47,013 nt of DNA from Actinomycetales bacterium. Lineage in GTDB: Bacteria > Actinomycetota > Actinomycetes > Actinomycetales > CAVURS01. The stretch spans positions 1 to 47,013 of the forward strand of contig JBJMHS010000041.1 in the NCBI GenBank assembly GCA_045807245.1. Reading direction: 5' to 3'. Of this stretch, positions 1-10,332 are shown piece by piece (the stretch's first letter is position 1; each line of letters opens with the position of its first letter). Position numbers and translations under genes: made by a program. The notes under the pieces are model-generated. The model was not told the DNA's origin. It ran no database searches and saw only the letters and a program-made list of their open reading frames with translations.

Positions 1-2562
1 GACGTACAGCAGGCCGCCACCGACGGGCAACGTCAGCAGGTTGCCGGACTCGACCTTCGAGCCGCCCTGGTTCAACAGCCGCAACGTGTTCTGCGCCGCG
101 TTCGTGTTGAAGTTGTTCTGCACCTGCCCGGGTCCGGACACCACGGTGTCCGAGGGCAGCTCGAGCATTCGTATCTGTCCGTACCCGGGTGCCACCTTCC
201 CCGCGGTCGTACCGGCACTGGCATCAGCGGCCAGGTAGGCCGTCAGCACCGACCGGGTACCGGAGCCGGCCGGGATGTAGGTCGAGGTCAGCGAGAACGC
301 CGGCTGGTCCTGCCCCGGCATCTTCAGCGTCAGGTAGTACGGCGGCTGAGTGCTCCCGTCCGTCTCGGTCGGGTCCGGCGGCACGGTCCAGAAACCCTGA
401 CCGCCGTAGAACGACGCCGGGTCCGTGACGTGGTACTTCGCCAGCATGTTGCGCTGCACCTTGAACAGGTCCTCGGGGTAGCGCAGGTGCGCCATCAGGT
501 CGCCCGAGATGGCCGACAGCGGCTTGACCGCGCCCGGGAACGCACCCATCCAGGCCTTCAGCAGTGGCTCGTTCGGGTCCCACGCGTACAGCGTGACCTT
601 GCCGGTGTACGCGTCCACCGTCGCCTTGACCGAGTTCTTGATGTAGTTCACGTTCTGCTGGCCGAGCGCCACGACGGAGGTGGTCGTCGCGGTCAGCGAG
701 TCGGACGTCGCGCCGTTCAGCGTGGTCAGCTTGGAGTACGGGTAGTTCGCCGTCGCCGTGTACCCGTCGACGATCCACTCGATGTGCCCGTCGATCACGG
801 CCGGGTAGGGGTCGCCGTCGAGCGTCAGCCACGGCGCGACCTTCTGCACCCGCGCCCGCGGCTCACGGTCGTACAGGATCTGGCTCTTGCTGTTGATCGC
901 GTTGGAGAGCAGGAAGTTCTCGTCCCGGTACTTGATGGCGTACGTCAGCTTGCGGAAGAACGAGCCGATCTTGACGCCACCGTCTCCCGTGTACGTCGTG
1001 TTCACCTGGCCGGACGCGCTCGAGCTGGGGTAGTCCAGCTCTCGCGGCGCCGCCCCGGACGGTGCTCCCACGATCGAGAAGTCCGGCGACTGCTCGCCGA
1101 AGTAGATCCGGGGCTGCGAGATCGTGAGCGACCCGGACGGCGGGATGTCGCCCTCGAAGAACACCGGCTTCCCGTCGCTGGTGCGCTGGTTCCCGTATGC
1201 CGCCACCGCACCGAAGCCGTGCGTATAGATCGTGTGGTCGTTCAGCCAGGTGCGCTGACCGGCGGCGATGCCACCCAGGTTCAGCTCACGCACGGCGATC
1301 ACCGTGTCGTTGGACTTGCTGTTGAACGAGTAGTGGTCGACATCGAGAGAGTCCGGGAACGCGTAGTACTGCCGGATCTGCTCGAGCTGGCGGAAGGTGT
1401 CCGACACGCGCGACGGGTCCAGCAGGCGGATGCCCGGGATGGTCTCGGCGTCGTTGCGGAGCTGACCGGAGGTCGCGGTGGTCTGCGCGTTGTACGCCTG
1501 GGTCTGCACGTTGTTCAGCCCGTACGCCGTGCGCGTCGCCGCGATGTTCCGCGAGATGTACGGCCGCTCCAGCGTCTGCGCGCTCGGCCGCACCTTGAGG
1601 CTCTGCACCAGAGCCGGGTAGATGAGGCCGATCACGATCGCGCACACCAGCAGCAGGGCGACACCGACGCCGGGCAACCGCCAGGAACCGGTCCAGATCG
1701 TCGCGAAGAACAGGCCGGCACAGATGATCGACGCCGCCGCCAGGATCGCCTTCGCCGGCATGACGGCATGCGCGTCGGCATAGGTCAGGCCGGTGATCAA
1801 GGACGAGTTCTTCGTGGCCAGCTCGTAACGCTCGAGCCAGTAGTTGCCGGCGCGCAGCAGCACGAGGATGCCGAGTAGCACGGACAGGTGCACGCGCGCG
1901 GACGTCGTCGTCCGACTGCCACCGCCCTGGATGCGCAGCCCGCCGTACAGGTAATGCGTTGCGGCGGCAGCGATTCCGGCCACGATGACGATCGTCATGA
2001 GGAAGCCGCTGATGAACTTCAGCCACGGCAGGGTGAAGACGAAGAAGCCGACGTCGAGATGGAACTGCGGGTCCTTGACATGGAACGGCACCCCGTGGCG
2101 CCACAGCAGGTAGGTCCGCCACTGACCGGACGCCGCTCCCCCGGCCAGCAGGCTCACGGCGACCGGGATCAGGATCGTCCCGATCTTGCGGAGCGGCTCG
2201 ATCTGTTCGCGGTACCGGTCGAGGCTGGCCTGCTCCGGCGACACCGGGGCGTACACGGGACGGCTGCGGAACGCGATCATCAGACTCGAGAAGACAGCAC
2301 CACCGGCAATGAGCCCACCGATGAAGAAGAGCAGGACCTTGGCCAGCAGCTCGGTCGTGAAGACGCTGCGGAAGCCGACGGACTCGTACCAGAGCAGGTC
2401 GGTCCAGAAGTTGGCGCCGATGATGACCAGGATCAGGATCGCGACCAGGATCAGGATCGTGGGCAGCAGGGCCCCGCGCCGGCGGCGCACCATCACGGGA
2501 CGGCCGGGCGGGCCGGGTCGTCCGGGTCGACCAGCACCCTCGAACGACGGATCGACGCCCAC
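1..2562 (-). CDS. UPF0182 family membrane protein (Rv3193c-like), runs off the left edge
   Basis: Absent from the ORF track because there is no stop in the window. Manual translation gives ...RRRRGALLPTILILVAILILVIIGANFWTDLLWYESVGFRSVFTT... and, at the window edge, ESGNLLTLPVGGGLLYV. GTG at 2562 follows an AGGAGAG RBS. Confidence 0.92.
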   Translation of the reverse strand, partial: MGVDPSFEGAGRPGRPGPPGRPVMVRRRRGALLPTILILVAILILVIIGANFWTDLLWYESVGFRSVFTTELLAKVLLFFIGGLIAGGAVFSSLMIAFRSRPVYAPVSPEQASLDRYREQIEPLRKIGTILIPVAVSLLAGGAASGQWRTYLLWRHGVPFHVKDPQFHLDVGFFVFTLPWLKFISGFLMTIVIVAGIAAAATHYLYGGLRIQGGGSRTTTSARVHLSVLLGILVLLRAGNYWLERYELATKNSSLITGLTYADAHAVMPAKAILAAASIICAGLFFATIWTGSWRLPGVGVALLLVCAIVIGLIYPALVQSLKVRPSAQTLERPYISRNIAATRTAYGLNNVQTQAYNAQTTATSGQLRNDAETIPGIRLLDPSRVSDTFRQLEQIRQYYAFPDSLDVDHYSFNSKSNDTVIAVRELNLGGIAAGQRTWLNDHTIYTHGFGAVAAYGNQRTSDGKPVFFEGDIPPSGSLTISQPRIYFGEQSPDFSIVGAPSGAAPRELDYPSSSASGQVNTTYTGDGGVKIGSFFRKLTYAIKYRDENFLLSNAINSKSQILYDREPRARVQKVAPWLTLDGDPYPAVIDGHIEWIVDGYTATANYPYSKLTTLNGATSDSLTATTTSVVALGQQNVNYIKNSVKATVDAYTGKVTLYAWDPNEPLLKAWMGAFPGAVKPLSAISGDLMAHLRYPEDLFKVQRNMLAKYHVTDPASFYGGQGFWTVPPDPTETDGSTQPPYYLTLKMPGQDQPAFSLTSTYIPAGSGTRSVLTAYLAADASAGTTAGKVAPGYGQIRMLELPSDTVVSGPGQVQNNFNTNAAQNTLRLLNQGGSKVESGNLLTLPVGGGLLYV

Positions 2563-2614
2563 ACGCTCTCCTGACCGAATGCGGGCGACATGTGGCGCCG
2601 CCCGTCAGAGAGGC

Positions 2615-2640
2615 AACTTACCTACTTCACCTGAGGTTCC
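2615..2640 (-). promoter_or_regulatory. SigR/SigH-type ECF promoter upstream of UPF0182
   Basis: Minus strand GGAAC-N18-GTTG, about 50 bp upstream of the start. Confidence 0.6.
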
Positions 2641-2663
2641 CGCCGTCCGGCAGCATGTGCGCC

Positions 2664-3227
2664 GTGACGTCGTCGCCGAATCGTGACGCCCACGCTGGTG
2701 GGCGCAGCGCCGCTGACGGCCTGCGCGAGGCCGTCGTGGAGACCGAGCGGCACGTCGCCGGCTTAGGCTGGGACCAGCCACCCCGCCTGTTCGCGCTGGT
2801 CCGCACCCAGGATCTGGTGGCTCGCGAGCCGGGCCTCGCCGCGCAGCTGGGTACGTCGGGCAGCATCGACCCGGCGCACCTCACCGCGGTAGAGCAGGAC
2901 CAGCTGGCGCCGACATCCTCGGTCGAGTCGATGCTCGGCACGATGGCTTGGCCCGAGGAGGTCGACGGCGCCGCGCTCGCATTGGAACGGGTCGTCGTGC
3001 CGCCGGAGGCCGAACGCGACCTGCCGGCCGACCCCGACCAGGCCCTGGACCACCTGGCCGCCCATCCGGAGCGGCGCGACGTCCGGCTCGTCGTCGGCGT
3101 GCTCCGGGACGGTACGGCGATGTGCGCGCTGCGTCAGCGCCACCACGACGACGACTCGTCCGTGGCCATCGGCCCGCAACTGGTCCCGGGACTGGTCCAC
3201 GCGCTGCACGCGACCCTGCTCGACTAG
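2664..3227 (+). CDS. PPA1309 family protein
   Basis: Motifs GWDQPPRLFALV, LTAVEQD, WPEEVDGAAL and HPERRDVRL. Usual position beside UPF0182. Start is GTG 2664 or ATG 2655. Confidence 0.85.
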   Translation: MTSSPNRDAHAGGRSAADGLREAVVETERHVAGLGWDQPPRLFALVRTQDLVAREPGLAAQLGTSGSIDPAHLTAVEQDQLAPTSSVESMLGTMAWPEEVDGAALALERVVVPPEAERDLPADPDQALDHLAAHPERRDVRLVVGVLRDGTAMCALRQRHHDDDSSVAIGPQLVPGLVHALHATLLD

Positions 3228-3246
3228 GGCCGGACGAGGGCGGGAG

Positions 3247-4338
3247 CTAGCAGGACGGCAGCGCGCCGCCCCGGCCGGCCGCGATCTGTTCCACGTCGAG
3301 CCGGGCCTCGTGCAGGGTGCCGATCTTCACCACGTGCAGGCCGTCCGGCACGTGCCCGACGACGTCCGAGCAGTTGCTCGTCGGAGCCAGGAACCATTGC
3401 GCCCCAGCCTGTTTCGCGCCGATCATCTTCTGCGCGATGCCGCCGATCGCGCCGACCGCGCCGTCCTCCGGGTCGATCGTCCCGGTGCCCGCGATCCGCT
3501 TGCCCCCGGTCAGGCTGCCCGGCGTCAACGTGTCGTAGACCGCGAGCGCGAACATCGTCCCCGCCGACGGTCCGCCCACGTCGTGGGTGTCGATCTTCAC
3601 CTGGAACGGCATCGTGAACGTGATGCCCGGGGTGATGCCGAGGAGCGTCCGGTTCCCGTCCTTGGTCAGCTTGGCCTTCACCGTGACCGGCTTCTTGTTG
3701 CGGACCAGCCCCAGGGTCAGCACGTCGCCCGGCTTGTGGGCCTGGATCGTCGAGAGCAGCTGCGCGTTGCTCGTGAGCGCCTTGCCGTTGATGCTCGAGA
3801 TGACGTCGCCGTCGCGCAGCACCTTCGCGGCCGGCGCACTCGCCGTACGGGCCGTGATGGTGATGACCTCGGGGACGGTCAGGCCCATCTCGCGCAGGGC
3901 CGCGGCTGCTGCGTCCTCCTGCGACGTCGTCATGTCCTGGGCGTTCTGCTCGTCGATCTGCTTGCTGGTCTGGCCCTTCGGGAACTCGAGCTCCTCCGGG
4001 ATCACGGTGTCATTGCCGGACAGCCAGCCCTTCACCGCGAGGAACAGGTTCACGTGCGCGCCCGGCCCGCCGTACACGCTCACGGTGGTGAAGTCGAGCG
4101 CTCCGGTCGTGGGGTACGTCGGGTGCCCGGTCACCTGGATCAGCCGCTGTCCGCCGGACGCGCCGAGGGCGTTCGTCGCGGGCCCGGGGCTGAGGATCGC
4201 GTAGTGGGCCGGCGCGATCGCGATCAGGGCGCCGAGCAGCACCGCCGCGAACGCGCAGATGCCGGCCAACATGCCGCGGCCCGGCGGCACGGGCGACCAG
4301 CGGGAGGGGACGTCGTACGACAGCGCGGGTGCCGTCAC
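3247..4338 (-). CDS. YlbL-like PDZ + Lon-C (S16) protease
   Basis: N-terminal TM segment, PDZ region, GGPSAG and IGGIAQK Ser-Lys dyad motifs. GTGA overlap with the moaE stop. Confidence 0.9.
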   Translation of the reverse strand: MTAPALSYDVPSRWSPVPPGRGMLAGICAFAAVLLGALIAIAPAHYAILSPGPATNALGASGGQRLIQVTGHPTYPTTGALDFTTVSVYGGPGAHVNLFLAVKGWLSGNDTVIPEELEFPKGQTSKQIDEQNAQDMTTSQEDAAAAALREMGLTVPEVITITARTASAPAAKVLRDGDVISSINGKALTSNAQLLSTIQAHKPGDVLTLGLVRNKKPVTVKAKLTKDGNRTLLGITPGITFTMPFQVKIDTHDVGGPSAGTMFALAVYDTLTPGSLTGGKRIAGTGTIDPEDGAVGAIGGIAQKMIGAKQAGAQWFLAPTSNCSDVVGHVPDGLHVVKIGTLHEARLDVEQIAAGRGGALPSC

Positions 4339-4760
4339 GGCAGTCCCACCCACTCCGCCTCGCCGTCGGTGAACCGCTGGTGCTTCCAGATCGGCACGGT
4401 GCTCTTCAGGGTGTCGATCAGGTCCTGCGCTGCGGCGAACGCCTCACCGCGATGGGCGGCGCTCGCCCCGACGACCGTGGCCAGCTCGCCGACGGTCAGC
4501 TCTCCGGTCCGGTGGGTCGCGGCCACCGCGATGACGTCGTGCCGCGTGACGACGTCGGCGCAGACCTGGCCCAGCGCGGCCTCGGCACTCGGGTGGGCGG
4601 AGTAGCCCAGGCCCTCGACCCCCTTGCCCTGGTCCTCAGAACGGATGGTGCCGACGAAGACCACCGCACCGCCCGCCGCGGGGTCCGCGACCGCGGTGAG
4701 GACCTCGTCGACGGACAGCGCCTGGTCGCGGATCGCGGCCAGCCGCACCTCTCCGCTCAT
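4335..4760 (-). CDS. moaE: Molybdopterin synthase catalytic subunit MoaE
   Basis: AGGAVVFVGTIR, HRTGEL, AHRGEAF and LKSTVPIWK motifs. Confidence 0.93.
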   Translation of the reverse strand: MSGEVRLAAIRDQALSVDEVLTAVADPAAGGAVVFVGTIRSEDQGKGVEGLGYSAHPSAEAALGQVCADVVTRHDVIAVAATHRTGELTVGELATVVGASAAHRGEAFAAAQDLIDTLKSTVPIWKHQRFTDGEAEWVGLP

Positions 4761-5863
4761 GACCCACTCCCCCGCTTGCGCCGCCGTCGCATCAGCGCGG
4801 CTGTGCCGACCAGGGCGACCGCGGCGCCTGCGGCCCCGAGCGCCGCGTCCTTGCGGTCCATCCGGCGCGCCGCGACGGCGTGCCGCCCGCGGATGCCCTC
4901 GAGCAGCACGCCGAGGCAGGTCTCGTTGTCGTACGACGCGGTCCAGCCGGCCGCGCGCAGCCGGGCCGACGACACCGCCCAGGGGTAGACGACGAAGGCC
5001 AGGTCGCTCGCCGGCGCTGGGAGCACACCGACGCGGTGGAGCCGCTGCGCCGTGCCCAGGGCGAGCGCGGCCGGCAGCTCGATCCGACGCATGCCGCTCA
5101 GCCGCTCCAGGCGCTCCTGGTCGAGCACCCCCTCCGACCCGACGGTCAGCGGACCGTCCAGCTCGTGGAGGAGCGCAGTGACGACGGCCGAGGCCACGTC
5201 GTCCACGTGCACGAACTGCCAGGCGTTCGCGCTCTCCTTGACCGTGAGCAACCGGGGCGCCTCGAAATGCCGGGTCACCACGGTGTCGACCTCGGGCCCC
5301 ACGAGAGCGGACGGCCGCAGCACCGTGACGGCGAGCCCTGGGTGGACCCGCGGCGTCCGCTCGAGCACCCGCTCGACCTCGAGCAGGTCCCCGACGAGAC
5401 CGGAGTCCGGAGTCGCCGCGACCGGCGCATCGTCGGGCAGCGGTACGGGGTTGTCGGCGGCGGCGCCGAACACCATGGCGCTGGTCACCGCGAGCAGCCG
5501 GCGGGCGCCGACCGCCGCACTGGCCGTCGCCACCGCCTGCACCGTGCGGACGGCGCGCTCGCGACGCTGCGGGTTGCTCGCCGCCGCCGCGAGGTCGGTC
5601 GGCGCCGCGACCAGCACGACCGCGTTCACCCCGCGCAGCTGGTCGGCGACCGCCGGCGAGCTCACGTCGCCCAGGCGCCAGGTCACGCCCTCGGTGGTCC
5701 CTCTCCGGTCGTCCACCGCGACGACGCGGCCGATGCCATCGGCGGCGACGAGGGCCCGCGCGATGGCTGCACCCAGCGGGCTGGCGGCCCCGGTCACGGC
5801 CACGCTCAGCACGGTCCGCCGAGAGCGAACCGGCGCACGAACCGATGTCCGCGCGGAACTCAC
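4757..5863 (-). CDS. NAD-dependent epimerase/dehydratase (extended SDR)
   Basis: VAVTGAASPLG Rossmann-like start, TSAMVFGA and WQFVHVDDVA. ATGA overlap with moaE. Confidence 0.85.
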   Translation of the reverse strand: MSSARTSVRAPVRSRRTVLSVAVTGAASPLGAAIARALVAADGIGRVVAVDDRRGTTEGVTWRLGDVSSPAVADQLRGVNAVVLVAAPTDLAAAASNPQRRERAVRTVQAVATASAAVGARRLLAVTSAMVFGAAADNPVPLPDDAPVAATPDSGLVGDLLEVERVLERTPRVHPGLAVTVLRPSALVGPEVDTVVTRHFEAPRLLTVKESANAWQFVHVDDVASAVVTALLHELDGPLTVGSEGVLDQERLERLSGMRRIELPAALALGTAQRLHRVGVLPAPASDLAFVVYPWAVSSARLRAAGWTASYDNETCLGVLLEGIRGRHAVAARRMDRKDAALGAAGAAVALVGTAALMRRRRKRGSGS

Positions 5864-5880
5864 CTCGGGCCTCCGTGGTT
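5855..5880 (+). promoter_or_regulatory. Possible SigR/SigH-type promoter for the DUF2342-NUDIX operon
   Basis: GGAAC-N18-GTT. It overlaps the start codon of the divergent SDR gene, so coding constraint may contribute. Confidence 0.4.
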
Positions 5881-5963
5881 ACCTGGGTACGACGCCGCAG
5901 CAGGCGTTCACCGCCAGTGTCTCAGCAGCGCCTGAGAGTCGAGAGCCAACAGGAGCCGTGGCC

Positions 5964-7439
5964 ATGAGCGACCGACCGATCGGGTTCGGACCGGGGGGGC
6001 CGAACGGCGAGGACGATGACGACCGCGCGATGCAGCCCGATGATGCTGCGCAAGAGCTCAACGAGGCGTTCGCGCAGCTGCTCGGCGGCGGCCCGGCCGG
6101 CGAGGAGCTGGCCAAGGCGCTGAGCGCGGCCACCGGTGGAGAGCCGATCGACCCCGCGATGCTGCAGACGATGATGTCGCAGCTCCAGACGATGATGTCG
6201 ACCGGTGGCGACGGTCCCGTCAACTGGGAGCTCGCGACCAACGTCGCGCGCCAAACCGTCTCTGCTGCAGGTGATTCCAGCGTCAGTGGCTCCGACCGGC
6301 GCGCGGTCGACGAGGCCCTGCGGCTGGCCGACCTCTGGCTCGACCCCGTGACGTCGCTGTCGTCGGCGGGAGCCCGGGCGCTGGCGTGGAGCCGCGCGGA
6401 GTGGGTCGAAGGCACCTTGCCCGTGTGGCATCGGCTCGTCGAGCCGGTCGCCGAGAGTGTCGCCCGGGCCATGGCCGATGTGATGACCCAGCAGGGGCTC
6501 GGCGGCGAGGCCCCGGAGCAGGCCGAGCTGGCGGGCATGCAGCGCCAGATGGCCGAGATGGCCGGGCCGATGATCCGGCAGCTGGGCGGCAGCGTGTTCG
6601 GCCTGCAGGTCGGGCAGGCGGTCGGCGCGCTGGCCGGCGAAGTCGTCAGCGGCACCGAGGTCGGCCTACCGCTCGTCGAGAGCGGTGCCGTGGCCCTGCT
6701 GCCGGACAACATCCGCGCGTTCGGCGAGGGTCTGGACGTGCCCGCGGACGAGGTGCGCCTGTACCTCGGCCTGCGCGAGGCGGCCCGGGCCCGGCTGTTC
6801 GCGCACGTGCCCTGGCTCGGTCCGCAGCTGCTGGGCGCCGTCGAGGCCTACGCCCGCGGCATCAGGATCGACTCGGACGCCATCGAGTCGGCCATGCGGG
6901 AGGTCGACGGGTCCGATCCCGCGTCGATCCAGCAGGCTCTCGCGGAGGGCCTGTTCGAGCCGCACAACACCCCTGCCCAGGAGGCCGCGCTGGCCCGCCT
7001 GGAGACGCTGCTCGCGCTGGTGGAGGGCTGGGTGGAGCAGGTGACCGACGAGGCGGCGTCGGGTCACCTGCCGCACGCCGACGCGATGCGCGAGACGGTA
7101 CGGCGCCGCCGGGCCTCGGGGGGCCCGGCGGAGCACACGTTCGCGTCCCTCGTCGGCCTCGAGCTGCGTCCCCGCCGGCTGCGCGACGCGGCGGCACTCT
7201 GGGCCGCGTTGGCGCAGGAGCGGGGCCAGGAGGGGCGCGATGCCATCTGGGCCCACCCCGACCTGCTGCCGACGGCGGAGGACCTCGACGACCCGGCCGG
7301 GTTCGCGAGCCGGGCCGGGGATGCGGCCCAGGACGGCGCCGCCGTCGATGCCGCGATCGAGGAGCTGCTGAGCGGTGGCGGCCGGCCGGCCAACGAGCCC
7401 CCGCCGGAGCCACCCAGCGACCCGAGACCGTCGGCGTGA
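5964..7439 (+). CDS. Zinc-dependent metalloprotease family / DUF2342 (Rv3195-like)
   Basis: GPVNWELA, LADLWLD, LETLLALVEGWV, RRRRASGGPAE and GLELRPRRLRDAA motifs. AGGAG RBS before ATG 5964. Confidence 0.88.
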   Translation: MSDRPIGFGPGGPNGEDDDDRAMQPDDAAQELNEAFAQLLGGGPAGEELAKALSAATGGEPIDPAMLQTMMSQLQTMMSTGGDGPVNWELATNVARQTVSAAGDSSVSGSDRRAVDEALRLADLWLDPVTSLSSAGARALAWSRAEWVEGTLPVWHRLVEPVAESVARAMADVMTQQGLGGEAPEQAELAGMQRQMAEMAGPMIRQLGGSVFGLQVGQAVGALAGEVVSGTEVGLPLVESGAVALLPDNIRAFGEGLDVPADEVRLYLGLREAARARLFAHVPWLGPQLLGAVEAYARGIRIDSDAIESAMREVDGSDPASIQQALAEGLFEPHNTPAQEAALARLETLLALVEGWVEQVTDEAASGHLPHADAMRETVRRRRASGGPAEHTFASLVGLELRPRRLRDAAALWAALAQERGQEGRDAIWAHPDLLPTAEDLDDPAGFASRAGDAAQDGAAVDAAIEELLSGGGRPANEPPPEPPSDPRPSA

Positions 7440-7993
7440 GCAGCGCGACCGTGGGCCACGACCTGCTGGAGTGGGCCCGCGCGGCGCTGTCGTCCTGGCC
7501 GGTCCGGGACACCGAGCAGGCCCGGCTGCGCAGGTCCTACCTGCAGCACCTGGACCGGCACCCGGACGCGCTGTGGCGCGAGGGGCCGCCGGCGCACCTG
7601 ACGGCCAGTGCCTTCGTGCTCGACCCGGACCGCCGGCACATCCTGCTCACGCTGCACCGCAAGGGCGGCTTCTGGGTGCAGTGCGGCGGCCACCTGGAGC
7701 CGGACGACGCGACCCTGTCGGCCGCCGCCCTGCGGGAGGCCACCGAGGAGTCGGGTATCGCCGGCCTGGAGGTCGTCGGCCCGGCCGACCTCGACCGGCA
7801 CCGGCTGTCGGCCGCCTTCGGCCGCTGCCAGGAGCATCTCGACGCCGCGTACCTCCTGCAGGCGCCGTACGCGGCCCGCCCCCAGGTCGGGCCGGAGAGC
7901 GTCGACGTCGCCTGGTGGCCGGTCGACGCGTTGCCCGAGGCCGTCGTACCGGACCTGCCAGATCGGCTCCGGCGCCTGCTCAAGGCGGCCTAG
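7436..7993 (+). CDS. NUDIX hydrolase
   Basis: HLTASA and the Nudix box GGHLEPDDATLSAAALREATEESG. GTGA coupling to the upstream gene. Confidence 0.9.
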   Translation: MSSATVGHDLLEWARAALSSWPVRDTEQARLRRSYLQHLDRHPDALWREGPPAHLTASAFVLDPDRRHILLTLHRKGGFWVQCGGHLEPDDATLSAAALREATEESGIAGLEVVGPADLDRHRLSAAFGRCQEHLDAAYLLQAPYAARPQVGPESVDVAWWPVDALPEAVVPDLPDRLRRLLKAA

Positions 7994-8024
7994 CCACCGT
8001 CCGGACGAAGAACTGTCGCCGCCT

Positions 8025-8052
8025 TGTCGATCGGGCCCCGGCGACTTCGTAG
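8025..8052 (+). promoter_or_regulatory. ECF42-type promoter
   Basis: TGTCGA (-35), 17 nt, then CGTAG (-10), upstream of the RibD_C-DGPF-ECF42 operon. Confidence 0.7.
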
Positions 8053-8095
8053 TACGGGCAGAAGGCGCTCTCACCCACTCAGGCAGGAGGACGGC

Positions 8096-8635
8096 ATGCG
8101 CAAGCTCATCGCCACGCAGTTCGCGTCGTTGGACGGCTACATGGACGAGCCGGGGACCTGGACGTTCCCGTACTGGAGCGACGAGATCGGGGCGTTCAAG
8201 CAGGAGGAGCTGTTCGCCGCCGAGGCCATGGTCCTCGGCCGCAAGACGTACGACGGGTTCTCGGCCGCCTGGTCCGACATGCACGACGAGGCCGGTTTCG
8301 CCGACAAGATGAACTCGATGCCGAAGTACGTCGCGTCCCGCACCCGTCGCGAGTTCGACTGGAACGCAACGGCTTTGGACGGCGACCCCGTGTCGGCGGT
8401 CGCCGCGCTCAAGGAGTCCGACGGCGGCGACCTCTTGGTCGCGGGCAGCTCGTCCGTCTTCAACCAGCTGCTCGGCGCCGGCCTGGTCGATGAGCTCCGG
8501 CTGCTCGTCTACCCGGTCGTCCTGCGAGGGGCGCTGCCGCTGTTCACGACGCCGGACCGGGTGGAGCTCACCCTCACCGGCTCCCGCACGTTCGACAAGG
8601 GCGTGCTCGGGCTGACCTACGCTCCCACCCGCTGA
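8096..8635 (+). CDS. Dihydrofolate reductase family (RibD C-terminal domain) protein
   Basis: MRKLIATQFASLDGY, LGRKTYD, PKYVASRT and GLVDELRLLVYPVVL. AGGAGG RBS. Confidence 0.92.
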   Translation: MRKLIATQFASLDGYMDEPGTWTFPYWSDEIGAFKQEELFAAEAMVLGRKTYDGFSAAWSDMHDEAGFADKMNSMPKYVASRTRREFDWNATALDGDPVSAVAALKESDGGDLLVAGSSSVFNQLLGAGLVDELRLLVYPVVLRGALPLFTTPDRVELTLTGSRTFDKGVLGLTYAPTR

Positions 8636-8660
8636 GCCACCGACTGAAAGGATCACTCCC

Positions 8661-9071
8661 ATGGCCGTCTACATGCTGTCGGTGCACGGAGTCGAGGGGC
8701 AGGCCGACCCGAGCGCCGAAGAGATGCAACAGATGTTCGCCGATGTCGAGGCCTACAACCGTGAGGTGATGGCTGCCGGCAACTGGGTCTTCGCCGCCGG
8801 GCTGAAGCCGCGTGAGACCGCCACCGTGGTGTCCGTCACCGATGGCGAGACCACCACGACCGACGGCCCGTTCGCCGAGTCCAAGGAGTTCCTCGGCGGG
8901 TTCTGGGTCCTGCGGGCCGAGGACCTGGACGAGGCGCTCGCCCTGGCCACCCGGGCCAGCGCCGCGTGCCGGGCACCGGTCGAGGTCAGGCCGTTCGAGG
9001 ACGGGCTGGAGGAGTCGTTCAGCGAGTCCCTCCAGACCCAGCTCCCGCGTCCCCCGGCGGACGCGTCCTGA
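8661..9071 (+). CDS. YciI / DGPF domain protein
   Basis: Signature [16 protein letters not shown], plus VEVRP. Confidence 0.93.
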   Translation: MAVYMLSVHGVEGQADPSAEEMQQMFADVEAYNREVMAAGNWVFAAGLKPRETATVVSVTDGETTTTDGPFAESKEFLGGFWVLRAEDLDEALALATRASAACRAPVEVRPFEDGLEESFSESLQTQLPRPPADAS

Positions 9072-10324
9072 CCGACAGCCAAGCCGTCGCCGACCGGATC
9101 GGTCGGATCTTCCGTGAGGAGTCCGGCCGGTCGGTCGCGACGTTGGTGCGCATCTTCGGCAGCATCGACATCGCCGAGGAGGCGGTGCAGGAGGCGTTCG
9201 TGAGCGCCACCGTCACCTGGCCCTCCACCGGACTGCCACCGAACCCCGGCGCCTGGATCACCACCACCGCACGCAACCGGGCGATCGACCGGCTGCGCCG
9301 CGAGGCCAAGCGACACGACCGCCAGGTCGAGGCGACCCGGCTGCACCGCTGGGCCGAGGACGAGGACCCGGCCGACCAGTTCGAGGAGGGGCGCGTGCGA
9401 GACGACCAGCTGCGCCTGCTCTTCACCTGCTGCCACCCGGCCCTGGCTCAGCCGTCGCAGGTCGCGCTGACCCTGCGCCTCGTCGGTGGCCTGCAGACGC
9501 CCGAGATCGCCCGGGCGTTCCTCGTGCCCGAGCCGACGATGGCCCAGCGCCTGGTGCGGGCCAAGGGCAAGATCCAGGACGCCAGGATCCCGATCCGCGT
9601 CCCCGAGGACGCGGAGCTCCCCGGCCGCCTGCGCGCCGTGCTGGCCGTGGTGTACCTCGTCTTCAACGAGGGGTACGCCGCGTCGAGCGGCCCGCACCTG
9701 GTCCGCGAAGACCTCTCGGCCGAGGCGATCCGGCTGGGCCGGCTGCTGCTCGCCCTCATGCCGGACGAAGGCGAGGTTGCGGGGCTCCTGGCGCTGATGC
9801 TGCTCACGGACGCGCGTCGAGCAGCGAGGACCGCGCCCGACGGGTCGATGGTGCTGCTGCCCGACCAGGACCGGACCCGTTGGGACCGGGCCGCCATCGA
9901 CCAGGGGCTGGAGCTGGTCCGCGAGTGCCTGCGCCGGGTCGCGGCCGGTGCGCCGCTCGGTCCGTACCAGGTCCAGGCCGCCATCGCGGCGGTCCACAGC
10001 GACGCCGCCACCGCCGAGCAGACCGACTGGCGCCAGATCCTCGCGCTCTACGACCAGCTGCAGGCGCTGACGCCTACGCCGGTCGTCGCCCTCAACCGGG
10101 CCGTGGCCCTGGCCGAGGTGGCAGGACCTCAGGCCGCACTGGCCGAGGTGGACCGGCTCGACCTGGCGCGGTACCACCTGTTCCACAGCACTCGGGCCGC
10201 GATGCTGCGTCGCCTTGGCCGCTCCCAGGAGGCGGCGGAGGCGTACGCCGCGGCGGCCGCTCTCAGCGCCAACGAGGCCGAGCGCTCGTTCCTGGAAGGC
10301 CGCCTGGCGGAGCTGGATGCCTGA
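9068..10324 (+). CDS. ECF42-group RNA polymerase sigma factor with C-terminal TPR-like extension
   Basis: [48 protein letters not shown] and [13 protein letters not shown]. Start uncertain: CTG 9068 or GTG 8966. Confidence 0.9.
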   Translation: MTDSQAVADRIGRIFREESGRSVATLVRIFGSIDIAEEAVQEAFVSATVTWPSTGLPPNPGAWITTTARNRAIDRLRREAKRHDRQVEATRLHRWAEDEDPADQFEEGRVRDDQLRLLFTCCHPALAQPSQVALTLRLVGGLQTPEIARAFLVPEPTMAQRLVRAKGKIQDARIPIRVPEDAELPGRLRAVLAVVYLVFNEGYAASSGPHLVREDLSAEAIRLGRLLLALMPDEGEVAGLLALMLLTDARRAARTAPDGSMVLLPDQDRTRWDRAAIDQGLELVRECLRRVAAGAPLGPYQVQAAIAAVHSDAATAEQTDWRQILALYDQLQALTPTPVVALNRAVALAEVAGPQAALAEVDRLDLARYHLFHSTRAAMLRRLGRSQEAAEAYAAAAALSANEAERSFLEGRLAELDA

Positions 10325-10332
10325 CCAGTCGC

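Noticed and set aside
430..2574. Long + strand ORFs 430-1878 and 1888-2574
   Set aside because: Antisense shadows of the UPF0182 gene, typical of high-GC DNA.
5052..5963. N-terminal 304-aa extension of the DUF2342 ORF
   Set aside because: It overlaps the SDR gene on the opposite strand. The RBS and family homology begin at 5964.
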